Below, one piece after another: positions 24,620-33,597 of a stretch of 33,597 bases of DNA (positions are counted from its first letter, which is position 1; the number at the start of each line of letters is the position of its first letter). The position numbers and the translations under genes were made by a program. The DNA lies in the NCBI RefSeq assembly GCF_001194135.2, contig NC_068997.1, positions 32,807,404 through 32,841,000 of the forward strand. Reading direction: 5' to 3'. Source of the stretch: Octopus bimaculoides (lineage: Eukaryota). The notes under the pieces are model-generated. The model searched no databases. It was not told the DNA's origin and saw only the letters and a program-made list of their open reading frames with translations.

Positions 24620-25400
24620 ACACTACCTCCACCATTACAGTAACAATATCATCAACAAAACCAATGTTCTACTCTTGTCTCATCCCATATCAAACATCAC
24701 AATCATCGAAATTTTCACCACCACCACCACCACAACCACAAACCCGCTGCTACCGCCGCTGCAGCCGTTACCACAGCCATCATCATCATCATCATCATCA
24801 TCATCACGATTACAGTCGACATAACCAACATTATATCTACGCAACCATCATACCACTGCCTTGACAGATTAAGGCGTTTATCCACTCCTACACACATTCA
24901 CACTATCACCACCACCACCATCACTAACACCACTATCACAACCACCGATATAATCCCACCCCCACCAAAACCATTACTACCACCACTACCATTAGTACCA
25001 TCACAACCACCTCCATGACAACGACCTATACTATCATCTTCACCACAACGACTACTACCACAAACACCACACCACTACCACCACTGCCATTATCAGCACA
25101 ACTACTACTACAGCTACCTACAGGAAAACAACCAATATTCCTACTACCACCATCACCACCACCTCCATCAACACAGTCATCACTACTACAAACATCACAA
25201 CCAACCATCACTAACATCGCTACTTTTACTACCACGACTATCATCATACCACCACCACCACCACCACCACCACGTCACAACAACAATACCGTCAACACCA
25301 TCAACAACTACTACTACTACTACTACTCTATCTCCATCTCTGTCACTACTACTATTACCATCACACACCGTCATCACCATCGCTTCCACCCCCTCACTCC
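23440..25400. repeat. C/A-rich degenerate trinucleotide region with (ACT)n, (ACC)n, (CAT)n and (CAA)n
   Basis: Direct inspection; gives the poly-Thr/Leu/Val pseudo-ORFs. Confidence 0.85.
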
Positions 25401-26951
25401 TGTCGATTCAACTTACAGATAATCACGTGATGTAATAGAGAAAACTTAGTTTTTCTGTGTCATGTTTGTCCCTGCACACATGAAAAAGGTCTTAACACAT
25501 TATTGTATACGAACGAAAGTAGGTCGGGGGTGCCTTTGGGAGCTGGTACGGGTGTTATTGATAGAAACCACACTACTTTCTGTCTATGGAGAAAAAATTC
25601 CTACTTCAGGGTCTGTTAAAATGTTACAAGTTGATTATATACGTATATGCACTTACTCGTGAATACGATTCTACATACACTGGTATTACCAGTGAACGAC
25701 TCTTCCTCACATTGCATTGTTTAAAAAAATAATTATGTCATATGGAAAACATACAAACGCACGCACACACGCACACACGCACACACACACGCACACACAC
25801 ATACGTACGCACAAACACACATACGCACACTTGCACATACACAGACGATGACAGATATCTATCTATCTATAAATCTATGTGTGTATGTGTGTGTGTACAT
25901 ATACACATATATATACATATATGTGTGTGCGTATGTATACATACATATATCCACACATATATTTATATATGTGTATACACATGCACTGCCCCCTCTCTCA
26001 TGTTTGTGTGTGTCCGTGTGTGTGTGCGTGTGTATTCTATATGCATACACACTCTTAAGAGTTACACAATATGTGTAAGTATTCCAGAGGTTTAAAGAAC
26101 ATAATGCAAGCTTGTAAGTTATATTTTAACCGTAAATTATGTCGATTCTAATCATTAGTTTCATATTTGATCGAAATTCAAGTAATGAATGAAGTATATG
26201 ATACAGTATTGCATTTATATGCGGAATAGATAATAAAAAAACTTTTGAATAAGAACGTTCACCCATTTATCTCTCTGATATTTGTTTAAAAGATAACGTA
26301 CACGACTTAATCGCTTTTACTTGAATTACTTAACCGCTAAAAGTTTTTAATTTGTAACGACCAACTGTGAACGGAAATTCAAAATGGAGCCTTTTTGTTT
26401 CAAAGGTCAATGTTTCAACCATCATTATCTAGTTATTTAAGTTTGGCATATTGTAATGTGTCCACAAAAATTATATAGCCCTTTGCCAATTTCCGAAAGA
26501 TCATTGCTAATTTCTGAAAGAATACTAATGTTGATTAAATCTTCCTTTAAATTTATTTTCCTTTAACTCAATATATAGTGTGGAAACTGAAATAGTAATT
26601 GTAATTGCGGCAAATACTTTGTACATAAAAAACATTATCGATTTCTAAAGCCATCAATTATTAAATGGAGAATTTGCTGGGTTAAAGTTACACGAACAGG
26701 AAATGTTAAATGTAAACGGTTGCTTAGAGATTTTATAGTTGATATTTGCCATTTCTCTTCCAAAAGTATGTGTATCGTTGACACTAAACTGTATAGCATT
26801 TCTTTAAAAAATTCGTATATCACGAATATTAGTGGTTGAGCATATCGGAGTGGCACTTCATCAGACTAGCACTAAGTCGTGCCTCTTCGCATTGTGCGAA
26901 GAGTATGTATTTTGCGTTGCTTACATAAGGAGGAAAGAGGACAATTAGTGC

Positions 26952-27017
<66 letters not shown>

Positions 27018-27019
<2 letters not shown>

Positions 27020-27077
27020 GGCACACAGAGCTGCGCTCGGTAGTGAAGTGAAAGCACGTTATAAAAATAAAACTACT
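27018..27077 (+). mobile_element. R4/Dong family A, extreme 3' UTR fragment
   Basis: AAGGCACACAGAGCTGCGCTCGGTAGTGAAGTGAAAGCACGTTATAAAAATAAAACTACT after (TAA)n; runs into a gap. Confidence 0.85.
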
Positions 27078-27830
27078 NNNNNNNNNNNNNNNNNNNNNNN
27101 NNNNNNNNNNNNNNNNNNNNNNNNNNNNNNNNNNNNNNNNNNNNNNNNNNNNNNNNNNNNNNNNNNNNNNNNNNNNNNNNNNNNNNNNNNNNNNNNNNNN
27201 NNNNNNNNNNNNNNNNNNNNNNNNNNNNNNNNNNNNNNNNNNNNNNNNNNNNNNNNNNNNNNNNNNNNNNNNNNNNNNNNNNNNNNNNNNNNNNNNNNNN
27301 NNNNNNNNNNNNNNNNNNNNNNNNNNNNNNNNNNNNNNNNNNNNNNNNNNNNNNNNNNNNNNNNNNNNNNNNNNNNNNNNNNNNNNNNNNNNNNNNNNNN
27401 NNNNNNNNNNNNNNNNNNNNNNNNNNNNNNNNNNNNNNNNNNNNNNNNNNNNNNNNNNNNNNNNNNNNNNNNNNNNNNNNNNNNNNNNNNNNNNNNNNNN
27501 NNNNNNNNNNNNNNNNNNNNNNNNNNNNNNNNNNNNNNNNNNNNNNNNNNNNNNNNNNNNNNNNNNNNNNNNNNNNNNNNNNNNNNNNNNNNNNNNNNNN
27601 NNNNNNNNNNNNNNNNNNNNNNNNNNNNNNNNNNNNNNNNNNNNNNNNNNNNNNNNNNNNNNNNNNNNNNNNNNNNNNNNNNNNNNNNNNNNNNNNNNNN
27701 NNNNNNNNNNNNNNNNNNNNNNNNNNNNNNNNNNNNNNNNNNNNNNNNNNNNNNNNNNNNNNNNNNNNNNNNNNNNNNNNNNNNNNNNNNNNNNNNNNNN
27801 NNNNNNNNNNNNNNNNNNNNNNNNNNNNNN

Positions 27831-28340
27831 CTTCCCCGTACATACTGACAAGGCTATAAAAGCTAATAAACCGGATATCATCATAAAAGATCAGACAAAG
27901 AAGACGTGTTTATTAATTGACATGAGTATTCCCTCTGATCATAATATAGCGGCGAAAGAATTTGACAAGATCAGTAAATATAAAGACTTGCTAATAGAAA
28001 TTGAAAAATGTGGCACCTCAAGGCGACTACCATACCAGTTATTGTAGGATCTCTAGGAATGATAAAAAAAGGTACTGAAACCTATTTGAAAATGATACCA
28101 GGCTTACCATCCCTACCGGAAGTGCAAAAAATCGTCCTAACTGGAACGACTCATGTACTGAGAAGAGCATTATCGCTGTGAAAACAGCATCCATTCATAA
28201 TTTTTTTTTTAATACATGGTTTACCTGTGAATTTGCGTGTGTAAACTAGGATTGCATACAACGAGTTTCTCTGCCCTAGGTGTACGGAAAACACTCGGCG
28301 AGAAATGGAAGAAAATTTGAAGAAAGAAGGAAAAAACAAC
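27831..28340 (+). mobile_element. R4/Dong family B, 3' part
   Basis: FPVHTDKAIKANKPDIIIKDQTKKTCLLIDMSIPSD..KISKYKDL..IPVIVGSLGMIKKG..VLTGTTHVLRRALSL* (stop at 28179-28181); the 3' UTR ends at (TAA)n. Confidence 0.9.
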
Positions 28341-28354
28341 ATAATAATAATAAT

Positions 28355-29126
28355 AGCAGCAAATAGTAAATAGTTGGACATGGTCATGGTTGTAGAAGGA
28401 AGGTTAAATAGGGTGGCAGAAAGTTTGTTTGTAGCTGCACAAGATCAAACTTTGAGGACTAATTGGATGAAAGTCAAGAGAGATAAAAACCAGGTAGGTT
28501 TCCATTGTAGGTTATATAAATCAAAAGAGGGAAGCGTTACTCATATAGTACGCGAATGTAGCATGCTGGCACAGAAAGAATACAAGAAAAGACATGACAA
28601 TCTAGGTAGAGTAATCAACTGGGAGCTATGTAGAAAGCTAGGATTTGAACATACTGATAAATGGTATGAACATGAAATTATTAAAGTACTAGAAAGTGAG
28701 AAATATAGGATGTAGGACTTTAACATTCAGACTGACAGAGTAATAGAAGCTAGAAGACCTGATTTGGTAGTAGTAGATAAAGAGAGTGGAAAGTGCCAGA
28801 TAACTGACTTTACGGTACCAAACGATGAAAAAAATCAATATGAGAGGTACAGAAAAAAAAAGCAAAGTACTAGGACCTAGCCATTGAATTACAGAGACTA
28901 CGGAAAATTGGGGTAAAATGTATCCCAGTAGTCATAGATGCATTGGGAACTATCCCTAAAGATTTGAACAGATGGATAGGGGATATAAGCGTAAAACCCT
29001 ATTTAGTACAGCTGCAGAAAACAGTGTTATTAAAGACAGCTAGGATACTTAGGCAACTAAGATTTCTTGTAGTCACCCGATGTTAGGAATTTCTCTTTTC
29101 CCACAGTCTAATCTGTTGTGTGTATA

Positions 29127-29130
<4 letters not shown>
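28355..29130 (+). mobile_element. R4/Dong family C, 5'-truncated
   Basis: LFVAAQDQTLRTNW..CRLYKSKEGSVTHIVRECSMLAQKEYKKRHDNLGRVINW..RRPDLVVVDK; the 3' UTR ends GTGTATATGAA(TAA)n. Confidence 0.9.
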
Positions 29131-29216
<86 letters not shown>

Positions 29217-29217
<1 letters not shown>

Positions 29218-30755
29218 CTTGACAGCCAAAATCAGCTGCTAGAAGAACAGAAAGGTTGCGGGAAGAAGGCTAGAGGAACGCATGATATATTATACATAGA
29301 CAAAGCAATTCTAGAAGTGAAATCTAGAAAGAAAAATCTAACAGTAGCATGGATAGATTATAAGAAAGCCTATGAAATGATTCCACAGCCATGGATAAGT
29401 GAATGTTTGAGAATATTCATTATTGCAGACAACCTAAGATAGCTAATTAGCTACAGCATGAAGAAATGAAAAGCGGATCTATACTCAGGTAACACAGCCT
29501 TAGGGATGGTTAATGTCAAGAGATAAATTTTCCAATGACACTCATTATTCCTTTTAATATCTGAGTTATATTTAATCCTTCTTAATTTAGTATTAAGAAA
29601 AGTAAAGGCAGGGTATCAGTTTAGAGATAGTAAAGGAAAAATTAACCATTTGCTCTACACGGATGATATGAAGCTTTTTAGTATGTATAAAAAAGAGATA
29701 GATTCCTCAATACAAACTGTAAGAATCTTCAGAGCAAGGGTAGTAAAAGAATACTAACCAAGAAAGGAAGGTGGAAGAGGTTTAATATCAGTAGAAGACT
29801 GCGTGCAGTTAGCTAGAGGAGATGTAACCTCTTATGGAGGTAATAGTGAAGAAAGTTTATTAAGAGCTGCTTGAGTAACAGTAGGACATTATGAAACCAA
29901 AAAGCCAAATGAAGTTAAGTCCAGAAAAAAAAAGACAGATTATCTGACTGACAAGAAAAGGCTTTGCATGGTAGATTCACAAAAAATAGCTGCAGCAAAT
30001 AGTAATAGTTGGACATGGTTATGGTTGAAGAAAAGAAGGTTAAATAGGGAGATAGAAGGTGTGTTTGTAGCTGTACAAGATCAAACTTTGAGGACTAATT
30101 GGTTAAAAGTCAAGATAGATAAAAACCAGGTAGATTCCCAATGTAGGTAATGTAAATCAAAAGAGGAAAGTGTTACTCATATAGTAAGTGAATGAAGACA
30201 TGACAACCTTTGGAGAGTAATCCACTGTTAGTTATTTAGAAAGCTATAATTTGACCATAACTGATAAATGGTATAAACATGACCTCAGTAAAATGCTAGA
30301 AAGTAAAAAGTATAAGATGCTGTGGAACTTCAACATTCAGACTGACAGTGTAATAGAGGCTAGAAGACCTGATTTAGTAGTAGTAAATAAGGAGAATAGA
30401 AAGTGCCAGGTAACTGACTTTACGGAACCAAATGATGAGAAAGTCAATATCAGAGGTATAGAGAGATTAGCAAAGTACCAGTACCTAGCCATTGAGTTAC
30501 AGAGGCTGTGGAAAGTGCGGGTAAAATGTATCGCTATAGTTAGAGGTACATTAGGAATTATCCCTAAAGATTTGAACAGATGGATAGAGGAAATAAGCAT
30601 AAAACTTAGTTTAGTGCTGCTCACAAAAAAAAAAATCATGTTATTAGGAAGAGCTAGGATACTTAGAAAGGTTGTTGGCATTTAAGGTTACTCGTTGTAG
30701 TCCGATGTTAGATATCTTTCTTTTCCAACAGTTTAATCAGTTGTGCGTATATGAA
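29217..30755 (+). mobile_element. R4/Dong family C, longer copy with RT remnant and internal deletions
   Basis: EEQKGC..AWIDYKKAYE..HLLYTDDMKLF..GGRGL..RRPDLVVVNK..LLGRARILRKV. Relative to the 4938-6405 copy, several hundred bp are missing near 29730 and a smaller piece near 30195. Confidence 0.9.
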
Positions 30756-30797
30756 ATAACAATAATAACAGCAACAACAACAACAACAACAATAATA

Positions 30798-30828
<31 letters not shown>

Positions 30829-30830
30829 TG

Positions 30831-30868
<38 letters not shown>

Positions 30869-30891
30869 TATTATTATTATTATTATTATTA

Positions 30892-31179
30892 TTCAGTAGT
30901 TTTATTTTTATAACGTGCTTTCACTTCACTACCGAGCGCAGCTCTGTGCGCCTTGGGTATGTGCTGTGGTTTGCTGTGGTGCTCTTATGTTTACTGTATT
31001 GAAAGTGTTTTGCGTAGAATGTGTGCAGTACCCAGTAGTGCAATTTTCTGTATGTTATATATATTTGTAAGTCCTGGTGTTTTTGTTATGTATTTGTCTG
31101 AATATTTTTTTATTATACCTAAGGCACCTACTATGATAGGAATTGTTTCTGTTTTTAGATTCCACATTCGAGTTATCTC

Positions 31180-31181
<2 letters not shown>
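30892..31181 (-). mobile_element. R4/Dong family A 3' fragment
   Basis: EITRMWNLKTETIPIIVGALGIIKKYSDKY..KIALLGTAHILRKTLSIQ* plus the family A 3' UTR. Confidence 0.9.
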
Positions 31182-31221
<40 letters not shown>

Positions 31222-31222
<1 letters not shown>

Positions 31223-31982
31223 TTATGTTTGACTTTTGATTTACATTTGTACAAGTTAGCTCCAAGTCTCACCCAGAGACTTCAAGAGACAACAAGCTAG
31301 AAGTTCATCTTGGTGTTATGCCTAGGGTGCCATATATTTGGTTTTGTACATAGTTTTGTTCTAGAGAATGTTTAAGAAACCATAAGAAAATTATGTGTTT
31401 CTTTTAAAACTTGAGATTACATAGAAAGTATTTTGCGTAAGATATGGGCAGTTCCCATGAGCACTATCTTTTGAATTCCTGCCATTTTGGGGGTTTCCTG
31501 GCATCTGAGCTAGGTAGCAATCAGCTCCTTTTGCTATCATTCCCAGGGCACCTATGACAACAGGTATTGTTTTAGTCTTCAGGTTCCACATTTTGCTCAT
31601 TTCTATTTCCAGATCTTTATACTTGCTCAGTTTTTGGTAGGTCTTGACAGATACGTTTCTATCGATTGGAAAAGTCATATCAATGAGGAGGCATGATTTT
31701 CGTCTGAAGTCGTTCAATATGATGTCTGGCCTATTTGTATCTATCTTTCTATCAGCTTGAATGGTGAAGTTCCAGAGGAGTGAGATGTGATCATTTTCAA
31801 GCACTGGAAGTGGTTTGTGTTCCCACCAGTCCAGGTTTTTGCAAATTGCCCAGTGAATATATTGTGCAGCTCTATCATTCCTGTTGAGATACTCTGTAGG
31901 CGCAAGAAGACTCTACTTGGAGACAACGTGATCAGTCGTTTCATTTTGTTGTTGACATACAAGACATGTTGGCAAGCTGCCA
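31222..31982 (-). mobile_element. R4/Dong-clade family D, 5'-truncated
   Basis: CLVCQQQNETTDHVVS..LWNFTIQADRKIDTNRPDII..CLLIDMTFP..KLSKYKDLEIE..MWNLKTKTIPVVIGALGMI; distinct 3' UTR ending at (TAA)n. Confidence 0.85.
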
Positions 31983-31997
31983 TTATTATTATTATTG

Positions 31998-32451
31998 TTC
32001 AGTAGTTTTATTTTTATAACGTGCTTTCACTTCACTACCGAGCGCAGCTCTGTGCGCCTTGGGTATGTGCTGTGGTTTGCTGTGATGCTCTTATAGTTAC
32101 TGTATTGAAAGTGTTTTGCGTGGGATGTGTGCAGTGCCCAATAGTGCAATTTTCTGTATGTTATATATATTTGTAAGTCCTGGTGTTTTTGTTATGTATT
32201 TGTCTAAATATTTTTTTTATTATACCTAAGGCACCTACTATGATAGGAATTGTTTCTGTTTTTAGATTCCACATTCGAGTTACCTCTATTTTCAGGTCTT
32301 TGTATTTTGAAAGTTTTTCCATTTCTTTTAGGGAAACGTTGTCATCTGCTGGTATTGATACATCTATTAGAAAGCATTTTTTTTCTTCATGATCTTTGAC
32401 AACTATATCTGGTCTATTTGCCTTAATTTCTCTATCTGTGTGTATTGGCAT
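31998..32451 (-). mobile_element. R4/Dong family A, 5'-truncated
   Basis: MPIHTDREIKANRPDIVVKDHEEKKCFLIDVSIPADDNVSLKEMEKLSKYKDL..; family A 3' UTR. Confidence 0.9.
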
Positions 32452-32452
32452 A

Positions 32453-32493
<41 letters not shown>

Positions 32494-32495
<2 letters not shown>

Positions 32496-32684
32496 TCAAA
32501 TTTTTACTACAAGGCAGCTTGGGGAGGGGGATGAGTCAATTACATTGACCCCAGTGTTCAACTGGTACTTATTTTGTGGACCCCCAAAGGATGAAAAGCA
32601 ATGTCGACCTTGACGGAATTTGAACTCAGAACGTAGCAACGGGCGAAATATCGGTAAGCATTTCGTCCAGCCAGCTCGCCGCCT
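32494..32684 (-). mobile_element. tRNA-derived SINE family c with a (TAA)n tail
   Basis: Minus strand AGGCGGCGAGCTGGC..GTTCTGAGTTCAAATTCC (B box)..TTTCATCCTTTGGGGGTC..AATAAGTACCAG..TTTGAAA(TAA)n. Confidence 0.75.
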
Positions 32685-32690
32685 TAGTTA

Positions 32691-32816
32691 GAAGAAGAAG
32701 AAGAAGAAGAAGAAGAAGAAGAAGAAGAAGAAGAAGAAGAAGAAGAAGAAGAAGAAGAAGAAGAAGAAGAAGAAGAAGAAGAAGAAGAAGAAGAAGAAGA
32801 AGAAGAAGAAGAAGAA
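32691..32816. repeat. (GAA)n microsatellite, ~42 units
   Basis: Direct inspection. Confidence 0.95.
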
Positions 32817-33336
32817 CCCACAACTAAATAGCTAAAATACAATACACAAAAATAAAAGAGAAAATTAAGAGTTAGATTAATATTAAACACTGAAGTCAAT
32901 GCTAAAAATATGATAATAGGGATAAGCATGCTTATCATACCAGTCATAACTGAATGGAAGATCAGTGAACTGAGAAAGATAGAGAGAAAACCAGAAAACT
33001 ATAACGAAGAAAAACCAGAAAACAATATAACGAACAAAACAACCCACAAATACATGACACACTCTATACAGCATTTACCCAGTGAAATAAACTTCTACCT
33101 GCAAGCTAGAACCCCAAACCATTACACACTCAAACACACAATACAAGCCGTAACACAACAAAAGACTGCACCACACTCAAAGAGGAAAAGCAAACAAACA
33201 CAATACAGTACCGGGAAGAGTTTGCACACTCCCAACAGCAGAAAAGAACATACAATGCTGGGCACACCCCAACAATACGGAGTTGTAGCAGGAGATGCAG
33301 TAGAAATTTGCCTCAATCTACCAAATATTGAACCGT

Positions 33337-33387
<51 letters not shown>

Positions 33388-33391
<4 letters not shown>

Positions 33392-33490
33392 AGTAACCAT
33401 AAGAGCATCACAGCAAACCACAGCACATACCCAAGGCACACAGAGCTGCGCTCGGTAGTGCAGTGAAAGCACGTTTTAAAAATAAAACTA

Positions 33491-33497
<7 letters not shown>
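33388..33497 (+). mobile_element. R4/Dong family A 3' UTR-only insertion
   Basis: ATACAGTAACCATAAGAGC..AATAAAACTACTGAA with (TAA)n on both sides. Confidence 0.9.
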
Positions 33498-33547
<50 letters not shown>

Positions 33548-33548
<1 letters not shown>

Positions 33549-33597
33549 TGCCAACACTATGAAATAACAACAGAAAAAAGATGGTATAAACACACGT
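33548..33597 (+). mobile_element. Start of another 5'-truncated family A copy running off the window
   Basis: ATGCCAACACTATGAAATAACAACAGAAAAAAGATGGTATAAACACACG matches the reverse complement of ~6985-7035. Confidence 0.8.

Noticed and set aside
24325-25422. Mucin-like Thr/Pro-rich ORFs
   Set aside because: They arise from (ACT)/(ACC)/(CAT) repeats, all frames are similarly open, and there is no signal peptide or splice support.
26852-26905. Hammerhead or HDV-like ribozyme call for the CTGATGA / GGCAC..GTGCC motif
   Set aside because: There is no GAAA or stem III for a hammerhead, and the L3, P1.1 and catalytic C of HDV-like ribozymes are missing; kept only as an unclassified structure.

Overview
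AT-rich animal genomic DNA from a draft scaffold with nine N-gaps (~2.8 kb of N). The repeat make-up suggests a cephalopod such as Octopus (inference from pattern recall, not a database search). I find no recognisable host gene, rRNA, tRNA gene or prokaryotic system. The window is mostly microsatellites and transposon remnants. (1) About a dozen 5'-truncated R4/Dong-clade retrotransposon copies (RT plus restriction-like endonuclease) from about five families, chained head-to-tail through (TAA)n spacers in two clusters (4.9-10.0 kb and 27.0-33.6 kb). (2) A Penelope-like RT fragment, plus two short related elements carrying a minimal hammerhead-ribozyme-like motif with a variant core. (3) An RTE-clade LINE 3' end with three tandem C2H2 zinc fingers. 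(4) Three tRNA-derived SINE families. (5) A MITE with ~39-bp TIRs carrying exactly four telomeric G-runs. Most ORFs in the supplied track are microsatellite or gap artefacts. Element boundaries are read by eye and approximate, more so for the older, decayed copies.
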